Below are positions 10,286 through 18,488 of a stretch of DNA of 64,000 nucleotides, in pieces. Below the pieces are notes generated by a model. The model did no database searches. It saw nothing but the letters and a program-made list of their open reading frames with translations, and was not told the DNA's origin. Made by a program: the position numbers and the translations under genes. Origin of the DNA: an uncultured delta proteobacterium (GTDB lineage Bacteria > Desulfobacterota > Desulfomonilia > Desulfomonilales > Desulfomonilaceae); assembly GCA_963789265.1 (NCBI GenBank), contig CAWBKB010000004.1, positions 32,001 to 96,000 of the forward strand. Direction: 5' to 3'. Position 1 is the stretch's first letter. Every line of letters starts with the position of its first letter.

Positions 10286-10861
10286 GGTTCGCGCCCTCCT
10301 TCAGGCTCAAGGTTCTTTCTTCGTCTCAGACCATAGAAACGGAAGGCTCCACCATACCCTCCATACTGACTAGCGCGAGAAGGCCCACCCGAAAACAGAT
10401 TTCAAAAAATCCCGGTTTTAACAAAGCGGGGAACTTAAAAGGCGGGCTTGCGTGAAGGGAGCCAGTACCCTGCAACCGAGGATGGCTGGCGTACCGGACC
10501 CGCCGATAAAATAGGCTTGGTCGCCTGGATGAAATAATTTAGGTGCTCCGTTTGGGTCTACTCCTTTTAGCTAGGAATGACATGGGCGTTCCCTAAAAGT
10601 TCCGTTAGAAATACGTAAGATCCGCGAGGTACCCGAAAAGACGGCAAATTTTCTGAAGCTTCACCTTTGCTGATACAGAGCTGATGAGATGGAGTCCCAT
10701 TTTGCGGAATCAGCAACCCATGACTATATTCGAAACGTAATAAACGGAATTTTGCCGGCATGGCATCGAGAGAACTCCAAGCTCAATAGCGATGCACGCA
10801 GGGCCTATTCCACTGGTTCCCATGAACAATTACATCCAGGCAACGATGGGAGGAATAAATT

Positions 10862-11223
10862 ATGAGAGGTCAGATCTGTCACATAGAAATCCCAGCGGAT
10901 AATCTTGAATCATTGCAAAAATTTTACGGCGGTGTTTTGAGTGGGATTTCGAGAAGATGTCCGGAGATATCGAATATTAGGGGATCAAACACGGCGATGA
11001 GAAACCCGGGGCAGGTATGATGGCACGCCAAGATCCCCGACAAACGCCAACTTTCTATGTTTGTGTGGATTCGGTTGAAGAATCTCTCGACAGAGCCAGG
11101 AATGAGGGCGCGACAGTGATTGTTCCCAGGACCGCGGTCAAGGGCATGGGCTGGTACGCCGTCGCGCCGGACCCCCAGAAGAATCTTTTCGGCTTGTGGC
11201 AGTCGGACGAGAATGCCGCTTAA
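10862..11223 (+). pseudogene. VOC/glyoxalase family protein, inactivated
   Basis: MRGQICHIEIPADN...FYGGV N-terminus, frameshift near 10938, in-frame TAG at 10978, then FYVCVDSV...GMGWYA...FGLWQ C-terminus. Confidence 0.8.
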
Positions 11224-11407
11224 CAGAGCCGGTCTGACGGCGTGGGCAAGTCCTGAATGCTCTTGTCTGCGCCGTTTCCTTATGAAGAGAAGTCATCTCC
11301 GGTGGACTGGACGTCCTGCGGCCGGCGCATGGGCGTTAAGTTAACGATTTATTCCCCCCTTTTGTAAGGCGATATTATACTTGCCAAACCCAGAGAGGGG
11401 GAGTAAG

Positions 11408-12271
11408 ATGAATTTAACCTTTCGGCTATTAAGAGACAAGTCTTCTTTGAAAGACCCGTTTCACCCATTCCAGGTTGTGAGCTTGTGGGACATCTTGAGA
11501 TTTTATGCAAGAAATTTCGTTAGGATTTGCTCTAATTTGGCGCATTGCGCTGGGATCATTAACGCCCTGATGCACCCGGATTACTCGGTTGATTTGGCCG
11601 AAATACTGTTAGAAATACAAGAGTTGGGATTTAGGGCGGCAACATCGGGCCTAACCAACTCCGCGAGTAATGCAGACGTTTTGGTGGAACATATCAACTA
11701 TTTATGTAATCAAAACGTCGAAAAGCAGCACTATGATGAAATCCGGGGAAGGCTAGATTCATTAATTCAGGGCGTTTTGCACGAGATTGATAATAGAACC
11801 ATGTTGATGCTTTACCCTACAGGTTCAGGCTTTTATGAAATGGAAGGTACGTTCCTCGGCGAAGAGGTTTTGAGCAAATTTCCCGAATTGAGGAAAGATG
11901 CCGAAGAAGCCGGGAATTGCTTTGCAGTTGGGAGGTATACGGCTTCCGTCTTTCACATGATGCGAATCCTAGAAGTAGTTCTACGTAAATTTGCTCGCAA
12001 ACTAAAAGTAACTCCTAGGATTTTTGACAAAAAGGCATGGGGCATAATCTTGGGTGAAATTAATAAAAAACTTGAACACGAACAAATTGATCCGCCAAAA
12101 GTACGAGCCAAGAAAGACCGACGCAAAATTACTCATGGATTCTTGAATGGCGTAAGAATGGCATGGAGAGACGACACTATTCATGTCAGAGTTGATTACG
12201 ATGACAAAGACGCTATCAAGGTACTTAACGCCGTAAAGCTTTTTGTCGAAGACTACGCGAAATTGCGCTAA
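11408..12271 (+). CDS. HEPN-domain-like protein, IS cargo (true start may be GTG 11477)
   Basis: EEAGNCFAVGRYTASVFHMMRILE helix and RxxxxH motif (WRDDTIH) near the C-terminus. Confidence 0.7.
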   Translation: MNLTFRLLRDKSSLKDPFHPFQVVSLWDILRFYARNFVRICSNLAHCAGIINALMHPDYSVDLAEILLEIQELGFRAATSGLTNSASNADVLVEHINYLCNQNVEKQHYDEIRGRLDSLIQGVLHEIDNRTMLMLYPTGSGFYEMEGTFLGEEVLSKFPELRKDAEEAGNCFAVGRYTASVFHMMRILEVVLRKFARKLKVTPRIFDKKAWGIILGEINKKLEHEQIDPPKVRAKKDRRKITHGFLNGVRMAWRDDTIHVRVDYDDKDAIKVLNAVKLFVEDYAKLR

Positions 12272-12286
12272 GACAGGACGGTTATT

Positions 12287-13261
12287 ATGAGGCACGCAAC
12301 CATCTCTAAGCCACACTTCCAAACCGAAGAGGCTGCATACGCGTATATTGAAGCCCGGATATGGCCTAACGGTCCGGTGTGCCCCCATTGTGGTGCTACT
12401 GAGCGTATAAGTAAGATGAAGGGCAATAGCACCCGAATCGGGCTTTACAAGTGTTATGTGTGCCGAAAGCAGTTTTCTGTGAAGATCGGAACCATCTTTG
12501 AATCAAGCCATATTCCGCTTCGATTGTGGCTTCAGGCTATGACCCTCATTGCCGCATCAAAGAAGGGTATTTCCTCAAATCAACTCCACAGGATGTTGGG
12601 GATTACTCTCAAAAGTGCTTGGTTCATGAGTCATCGCATCCGAGAAGCCATGAGAAGCGGTGACCTGACCCCTTTTGGTGCAAATGGCGGGGCCGTGGAA
12701 TCTGACGAAACTTTTCTTTGGAATGAGCCCGGTAAAGAAGTGAAGAAAGGGTACGCGCACAAGCGCAAAATCCTTTCTCTCATTGACCGTGAGTCTGGTT
12801 GTTCACGAAGTATGGTCGTGGACAGCGTTGACGCAAAGACCATCGTTCCGATTCTACAGGAGAATATAGACCGAGAAGCAAGAGTTATGACTGACGATGC
12901 CGGTCAGTATCGCCACATTGACGAAAACTTTGCCGAGCATGGCATGGTTCAACACAGTAACGGGGAATATGTGTCCAGGGAAGACCGCACCGTCCACGTC
13001 AATTGCGCTGAAGGCTTCTTTTCGATCTTTAAGCGAGGAATGAAGGGCATCTATCAGCATTGCAAAAAACAGCATCTCCATCGTTACCTTGCCGAATTCG
13101 ATTTTCGGTATAATAACCGTTGTGGCAGGCCCAACAGCAAGAAGAGATCCGCCCGTAAAGGCTTTAGCGATACTGAGAGAGCCGATATACTGCTAAGGGG
13201 CGTAGTGGGAAAGCGTCTCACCTATCAAACGACTGATAGGCAAATCGGGGTTATGCGATAA
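12287..13261 (+). CDS. IS1595-family transposase (intact, 324 aa)
   Basis: CPHCG...YKCYVC Zn ribbon, ESDET, MTDD, NCAEGFFS, HLHRYLAEFDFRYN. Confidence 0.97.
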   Translation: MRHATISKPHFQTEEAAYAYIEARIWPNGPVCPHCGATERISKMKGNSTRIGLYKCYVCRKQFSVKIGTIFESSHIPLRLWLQAMTLIAASKKGISSNQLHRMLGITLKSAWFMSHRIREAMRSGDLTPFGANGGAVESDETFLWNEPGKEVKKGYAHKRKILSLIDRESGCSRSMVVDSVDAKTIVPILQENIDREARVMTDDAGQYRHIDENFAEHGMVQHSNGEYVSREDRTVHVNCAEGFFSIFKRGMKGIYQHCKKQHLHRYLAEFDFRYNNRCGRPNSKKRSARKGFSDTERADILLRGVVGKRLTYQTTDRQIGVMR

Positions 13262-13425
13262 TGGGAAGAAAGAAAAAACCGAAGCCAGACGACGCGGAGC
13301 AATATGCGCGCTTCGTAAAGGTTGCTGAAGAACATTTGGGAGAAGACGCAGAAGAAAAACTTGACGAAGCCCTAAAGAAGATACTCCCAGCAAAAAAAAC
13401 AAAAGAACCGACCGAGAATGCATAA
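13261..13425 (+). CDS. Small IS1595-associated helical protein (54 aa; not in the ORF track)
   Basis: MGRKKKPKPDDAEQYARFVKVAEEHLGEDAEEKLDEALKKILPAKKTKEPTENA; TAATG coupling to the transposase stop; homologous to 7832-8029. Confidence 0.85.
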   Translation: MGRKKKPKPDDAEQYARFVKVAEEHLGEDAEEKLDEALKKILPAKKTKEPTENA

Positions 13426-13903
13426 ACAGAAATTCATAAAGGTCAACGCACCGGTGGATGAAGGCGTTGCTGACTTGGTGACGGCTCTAAGTGCCTTTGC
13501 ACGACTTCAAACAATTTCAAGCTGCCAAGGCAGTCAAGATCGACCAGCGCGAATATTATTCATATATGGCTGTTATGAGGGCCGACATTTCTGGAGAGAA
13601 TTGGCAGAATTTGTTCTTGGCTTTTTTGGGCCAGCCTTAGTAAGAGAAGTTGGGGATAGGGCGACCGTTTATCTCCAAGTTTGTGAATCGGGTCTTATTC
13701 AAGCAGAGTTAACGGTTTGGCATGAAGCTTTCCCGCACGTTCTGCGCGCATTGAAGCGACTACACAAACGCTTTACCAGCGAGGCTGACCATAAGTTAGG
13801 GTATTCTGGTGACACTCTGGGCACATGGCAAGAAGATTGCCAAGGTCATCACCGCCCCATCTCGATCTATGGTGAGCATGCCAACCCCAACCAAGGGGCT
13901 TAG
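13418..13903 (+). CDS. Hypothetical protein with TYW3-like N-terminal motif, IS cargo
   Basis: VDEGVADLVTALS...TISSCQG matches the D-x-LV-x-T-x-SC-x-G pattern; start overlaps the preceding stop. Confidence 0.6.
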   Translation: MHKQKFIKVNAPVDEGVADLVTALSAFARLQTISSCQGSQDRPARILFIYGCYEGRHFWRELAEFVLGFFGPALVREVGDRATVYLQVCESGLIQAELTVWHEAFPHVLRALKRLHKRFTSEADHKLGYSGDTLGTWQEDCQGHHRPISIYGEHANPNQGA

Positions 13904-14009
13904 GGCATCTCATTCCACGCGGATGTTCAAAACAGGTAAGCATGGTACACTCGCAAAAACCGCCTGCTCTCAAGTACAGTTCGTTTCGTGTTGATTCAGG
14001 AATGGACAT
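13773..14009 (-). CDS. Small HNH endonuclease, IS cargo
   Basis: RAGGFCEC...HAHH...GGDDLGNLLAMCPECH; GGAGG RBS before ATG 14009. Confidence 0.85.
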   Translation of the reverse strand: MSIPESTRNELYLRAGGFCECTMLTCFEHPRGMRCPKPLGWGWHAHHRSRWGGDDLGNLLAMCPECHQNTLTYGQPRW

Positions 14010-14058
14010 GATGTTATCCTCCATTGGTTGTTTAGGGGTCGCCCTGACCCAACATCGG

Positions 14059-14108
14059 GCCGAATAAAGGAATGATACCGCTAAGATAGTTCCTTTATTC
14101 GGCTTTTT
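14059..14108 (+). terminator. Intrinsic terminator-like hairpin inside element 2
   Basis: 14-bp stem gccgaataaaggaa / ttcctttattcggc followed by ttttt. Confidence 0.6.
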
Positions 14109-14442
14109 CCGTTTCTGAATCGGGAAGACTACATGGTTCTGTTCTTGTTTTCAAGAGGTAAGTTATTGGAACCGCGCGCGTTTTTAGATAGAAAGTATCA
14201 AGGCAAACAAAGAAGGGTTTGGCAAGTATAATATCGCCTTTTGTAAAGGGGGGCCAGGGGGGATTTTGGGATAACTCATTGAAAATCCCCCTAAATTCCC
14301 CTTTAGAAAAGGTGGACTTTGATCGCCCTCGGCCTCCATTCACCTCTTGAAAAGGAACGAAATTGCCTTAAGTTAGCGCCTGTGTGCGGCTGGCGGGACT
14401 GCTCCAACGGTCTATGACAGACTGTCGTCTCAAGCTCCCCGA

Positions 14443-14631
14443 TCAAATCGTTTCGCACATATCCAAGTATCGGTCACGGCACATGCAACTCGATCCAATC
14501 GGGCAACAACCGGGGATATTATCTTTAGGACATTTTTCGCACCGATAGTAATTTACAGGACAGGTCAGTGTATTTGATTTCACAGGCTTTCTGGATTTCT
14601 CCTCGTACGTGGATTTCTCATTCATTTTCAA
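14443..14631 (-). CDS. Small cysteine-rich protein (8 Cys)
   Basis: GAGGTG RBS; charged leader followed by CPVNYYRCEKCPKDNIPGCCPIGSSCMCRDRYLDMC. Confidence 0.55.
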   Translation of the reverse strand: MKMNEKSTYEEKSRKPVKSNTLTCPVNYYRCEKCPKDNIPGCCPIGSSCMCRDRYLDMCETI

Positions 14632-14865
14632 TCACCTCGCGGCTATCTGTGCCGATCGTTTCCAGTAATAATGATGCCGATCGTCAGTTAGAAGTTTCGT
14701 AATCGTTCGCGAGATAATCAATCCCGCGATCCGCGCGGGATCACCGTCCAGCGAGGCGTGGCTTGTGCCGAAAAGGCGGAACATTGGCCCCTACGGTTCC
14801 CTCCGTAAGCGGAAATGACAACAAAACGATATCCTGCACCGCGACACGGATATTACTCCGCTCCG

Positions 14866-15330
14866 TTACTCGCCCTGCAGGACGCTCTGAAGTTCCTCGA
14901 TAAACGGGCGCTGGCCCTTCAATATTTTTTCATTTGCGATATCGGGCTCGAACCATTCAGCATGATCGACCTCGGGAAATTCCTGGAAGCGCCCGGAACG
15001 AGGAGGCCATTCCATGGAGAAAGTATTGCTGGCAACTTGCCTGGCGTCGCAGTCTCCTTCGAATGCCCAAGCAGACACAACTTTGCCGCCAGGTTGCTTC
15101 ACGTCCTTGAGTTTCATGAATTCGCCGACCGGCGTAAAGCCTGTTTCCTCGAGAAATTCCCGCTTAGCTGCCTCAAATGGATCTTCACCGGGTTCATATT
15201 CGCCTTTGGGAATGGACCAGGCCCCGATATCCTTCTTGGCCCAGAATGGCCCGCCCATGTGGACCAGAAATACCTCCAGATTTCCCTCAATAAGCCTATA
15301 CATGAGAAGTCCCGCGCTTCTTTTTGCCAT
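14866..15330 (-). CDS. NUDIX hydrolase (HxGGPFW type)
   Basis: HMGGPFW, WSIPKGEY...AAKREFLEETG Nudix box, EWPPRSG, FPEVD. Confidence 0.95.
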   Translation of the reverse strand: MAKRSAGLLMYRLIEGNLEVFLVHMGGPFWAKKDIGAWSIPKGEYEPGEDPFEAAKREFLEETGFTPVGEFMKLKDVKQPGGKVVSAWAFEGDCDARQVASNTFSMEWPPRSGRFQEFPEVDHAEWFEPDIANEKILKGQRPFIEELQSVLQGE

Positions 15331-15420
15331 CTTGTGACCTCTCCGGGATAGCGTTTCAAAGTACTCTGCCTTATCAAAATATTGTATATGCCCGGGAGAC
15401 AATGTCACCGTGTGGTCTCA

Positions 15421-16008
15421 TCACGGTGTAGCGCTCGTGAAAATCTCGACTGCCTCTCTTAGAGCCGGCTCAAGATGATCGAAGATAATCTCCGACTGCA
15501 AGCCCGTCAAACGATCCTTGCACCACCTCGTTACGGACAGATTCTGATCGATCCGATACAACGCCGTCCATCCCTCATCCGGGGCGGCGGGGTCTAGACT
15601 CGAAGCTGCTCTGAGCAGCTTGCTGTCGGGTACTTTATCTTTCCGTAGGCTATTGCGTATCATGCAGATCTCGATTGATGTGTTCACGAAAACCCCCACA
15701 GTAACAAAACCGGCTCCGTTCGCGATTCCTATGACAGGACTTCTGCGTTCAGACGTCAAGAGCATGGCATCCAATACAAAGGATTGTCCTTCTTTGACAC
15801 AACGACCAATTTTTCCCCAAACTTGGAGCCATGAATCACGTAGGATATGTTTCTTATATATTCTATTTCCCCTCCTATTCCTGGGGATCAAGTCATCCGA
15901 GCTGATACGCTCGATGCCCAACCGATCGGACAACGAACCGGCAATAGCGGATTTCCCCGATGCCGGGATACCTATCAAAGCGACTGCCAAGGGACCTGGG
16001 ACCATCAT
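15421..16008 (-). CDS. P-loop kinase, AAA_33/polynucleotide-kinase-like
   Basis: LIGIPASGKS, ISSDD, FVLDA, RNSLR..KVPD, DEGW. Confidence 0.8.
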   Translation of the reverse strand: MMVPGPLAVALIGIPASGKSAIAGSLSDRLGIERISSDDLIPRNRRGNRIYKKHILRDSWLQVWGKIGRCVKEGQSFVLDAMLLTSERRSPVIGIANGAGFVTVGVFVNTSIEICMIRNSLRKDKVPDSKLLRAASSLDPAAPDEGWTALYRIDQNLSVTRWCKDRLTGLQSEIIFDHLEPALREAVEIFTSATP

Positions 16009-16019
16009 CAAGCCCAATG

Positions 16020-16053
16020 ATTCACCGCGGAGAACGCAGAGACCGCGGTGAAT
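16020..16053. repeat. Short REP-like palindrome
   Basis: attcaccgcgg-agaacgcagaga-ccgcggtgaat. Confidence 0.6.
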
Positions 16054-16488
16054 TTTCTTATCTCTGCACTTCAAGTGATGAGGTGGGGCAAATTTACATC
16101 CGTGGCGGCCTGTAGGGCAGAGTAGCATTCACTCCGGGACTACCGGTCGCGCCCCTGCTCGGCCGTACTTGCTTATCGAATAGATCCGAGCGCGGGGATG
16201 TCGTCACTGGGGCGGGAGAGGGGAACGAGAACTGAAGTCCGAACCTTGCCGAACAATGTGGAACTGAGGTTGTGGAATGCTGTCCCCATAATGGGGCTGA
16301 TGACACCCTAAATGGGGACAATTCGTCAAATGGTTCTGTCTCTTGAACCCTCGCTTCTTGCCCGACCGCAATCTCGATTCTCGTGAATACTTCGAGTTTT
16401 CGAATAAGGAACTGGCGACAATTTCAGATTGTCTTAAATTCCGACAGGCGTTATGCCCACACACATATATATGCTCAAGAGGTTCTCA

Positions 16489-16590
16489 ATGCGTGTAACT
16501 GTCCATATTCCCGACAATCTGGAGCCGAGCTTGAAACAAGCAGCCCGTAATGAAGGCATGTCCGTATCTGCTCTTACCGGTCCAATATGA
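16489..16590 (+). pseudogene. Truncated ribbon-helix-helix (CopG-like) antitoxin
   Basis: MRVTVHIPDNLEPSLKQAARNEGMSVSAL then an abrupt end; gaggt RBS. Confidence 0.6.
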
Positions 16591-16665
16591 CGGCCTTGAT
16601 TTTTGTAAACATTTCACTATGTGAAAACAGTGTTGTCGAATTTCGCGCCGCGACACATCAATGGC

Positions 16666-16911
16666 TTATTGCCTACTTTCCCGCCAGAGAAAAATCGCCA
16701 GTATTAATGCGATGACGAAGGCAACAAGGCTGGGCCACAAAGGAAGCGCGACTCCGTTCGCTACCACTCTCACGTGAAAAATTACTCTCAAGAGTTGCGC
16801 AATAGCGATCAGAAAAAATATGATCGCACCAATAATTGTTGCAGGTCTTGCCTTCCACGGGTTCACAGATAACCCGCTTGTTTGCAGCCAACGACGAAGA
16901 GTTGTAGCCAT
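16666..16911 (-). CDS. Small membrane protein (2 TM)
   Basis: Two hydrophobic segments; aggaga RBS. Confidence 0.7.
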   Translation of the reverse strand: MATTLRRWLQTSGLSVNPWKARPATIIGAIIFFLIAIAQLLRVIFHVRVVANGVALPLWPSLVAFVIALILAIFLWRESRQ

Positions 16912-17054
16912 CGAAAAATCTCCTAATTATTTGGTCTGTTACAATGAAATTGGGTACTGGACGCCAATTTGGCAAGAAGCAAAATTGCCACCTATTCTTG
17001 ACGGTACTTGATCGGACGGGTCAAACGCTGACGCGATGGATGAGTGCCGTTGAT

Positions 17055-17996
17055 CTATTCGGACTCGTTGCTTTGCACGAAACCGACAATCCCTGCGACA
17101 AGGATGATTCCGGCCCCTAAGAAGAGTACAACCCATCCCCATCCCATTCGGAGTTGCATGGCCAGGCTCATGCCTTTCGCGATCGCTTGAGTAAATGCAT
17201 TTCCCCCAGCTTGTTTTAACGCCTGATCCATAAATGGCTTCATAGCAGGCATGGCCAAGGTTAGAGTCTTGAACGCATGAAAGTAATAAAGTAGCATCCC
17301 CAGCGAACAAAGGCCGGGGATCCATTGTAACTTTGCATAGTTAATTAAGGGTAAAATTATAGCCACAATTCCGCATGCGGCCAGGATAACAGCCACTCCC
17401 GCCTTCGCCTTAACGAAGCTTATTCCGCCAACAGGATGGACCAGAATTGGTGTAAAGAGGCCAATCAATAGAATTATCCCGCCGGCACCTCCCAGGATAA
17501 GCGCAAGGCTCACGCTGGATTCTTTCCGCTCCGGAGCATAAGATGAGGCTCCTTGCCCCTCAGCGTTGGAAAAGTGCTGGATTTGTTGGCCAATTGGCAT
17601 TCCACGCAGATGTTGGTCGTATTCTGTCTGTCTGTCCTCAAATTTGGAGACCACAATACCGCATCTAGGGCACTCTTCAGGAACTTCAGGCTGCGAACCG
17701 CCGCAGGCAGGGCATTTCCATGCATCGAAAGGAGCCTGGGTGCGGGGAATAGTGGAATGAGCCTTACTTTCTTCAGCAATTGTGGCGGGTCGTGGCCCGC
17801 GGTCGGGTGCAGGGCGCATCGCGCTGGATTGTGGGAGTTCCGATTCGTTTAGGACACTTGCATTTACCAGTTTGTCAAACAAGCTTTGGAGCCCTTTGGG
17901 GCTCAGATTGTACTTCTTCATAATGTCTTGGCTGGTCATGCCGCCGCGGATGTCTCTCAACACTTCAGCCGCATTTATCACTATCTTGCCTGCCAT
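17055..17996 (-). CDS. Hypothetical membrane protein with N-terminal HTH-like domain and Zn ribbon
   Basis: INAAEVLRDIRGGM...KYNLSPKGLQSLFDKL; CPACG...CPRCG; C-terminal TM helices. Confidence 0.8.
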   Translation of the reverse strand: MAGKIVINAAEVLRDIRGGMTSQDIMKKYNLSPKGLQSLFDKLVNASVLNESELPQSSAMRPAPDRGPRPATIAEESKAHSTIPRTQAPFDAWKCPACGGSQPEVPEECPRCGIVVSKFEDRQTEYDQHLRGMPIGQQIQHFSNAEGQGASSYAPERKESSVSLALILGGAGGIILLIGLFTPILVHPVGGISFVKAKAGVAVILAACGIVAIILPLINYAKLQWIPGLCSLGMLLYYFHAFKTLTLAMPAMKPFMDQALKQAGGNAFTQAIAKGMSLAMQLRMGWGWVVLFLGAGIILVAGIVGFVQSNESE

Positions 17997-18371
17997 AAAG
18001 GTTGACATCCTTCCAAGAAAAAGCGTCAGTAGCCAAGATGAGAATAAATCTATAATACTACAACTCGCGGCGCCACGATACACAAAAATTGCAATTCTTG
18101 GACCATGAAGTGCACTCACAGGCTTCGTACATTCGCATTTGTTTAAGCACCTTGTTCTCGTGTACGATCTTGGCAATCATAGAGGTCCACAGTAAGCTCC
18201 GTTCAACGAATTGCTAGTCGATCCGAGGTTGGATAGCGCTATGAGCCGTAAAGGCAACATCACCACTATGGGTCTTGAGTCCGCCCGCAATCTCCTTCTT
18301 GGCCGCGTGGGTGTCGTCGCGTCCTTTACGCCGGTGCGCCATAGCGAGATCTGCCCCTACAGGAAAGCATG

Positions 18372-18417
18372 AAATAACCCCTGTCGACGCAATGCACCGG
18401 CAGGGGTTATTTTTTTT
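18372..18417 (+). terminator. Intrinsic terminator (possibly bidirectional)
   Basis: aaataacccctgtcg / cggcaggggttattt stem with a long T-tract on the + strand. Confidence 0.7.
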
Positions 18418-18488
18418 GAAGTGCCCCCCTCGTCCCGGTCAGACCGGAATGAAAGATAGGAGCCAAAGGAGACTGGGCCAAAGATCCG

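Larger units (their letters stand above)
11368..14238 (+). mobile_element. IS1595-family cargo-carrying transposon, element 2 (2871 bp)
   Basis: Perfect 24-bp TIRs ggcgatattatacttgccaaaccc (11368-11391, 14215-14238); 8-bp TSD ttttgtaa (11360-11367, 14239-14246); intact transposase. Confidence 0.97.
11328..14384. repeat. ~190-bp palindromic MITE-like repeat split by IS1595 element 2 (11328-11367 + 14239-14384)
   Basis: Ends catgggcgttaagttaa / ttaagttagcgcctgtg. Internal ccccccttttgtaaagggggg hairpins. Homologous throughout to the intact inverted copy at 63103-63288. Confidence 0.85.

Noticed and set aside
11218..11341. attC site after the VOC gene (GCTTAAC...GTTAAGT)
   Set aside because: Spacer geometry is asymmetric, the right end is explained by the MITE terminus, and no integrase is present.
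5929..14238. Single composite transposon spanning both IS1595 elements
   Set aside because: Each element has its own matched TIR pair and TSD; the outer flanks (ttcaagaa vs ttttgtaa) differ.
14095..14343. 82-aa ORF (also ORFs at 21473-21758 and 44460-44732)
   Set aside because: Chance reading frames through TIR and repeat sequence.
16085..16150. c-di-GMP-I riboswitch (GGCAAA...)
   Set aside because: Lacks the GNRA-capped P2 and the GACGCAAA junction.
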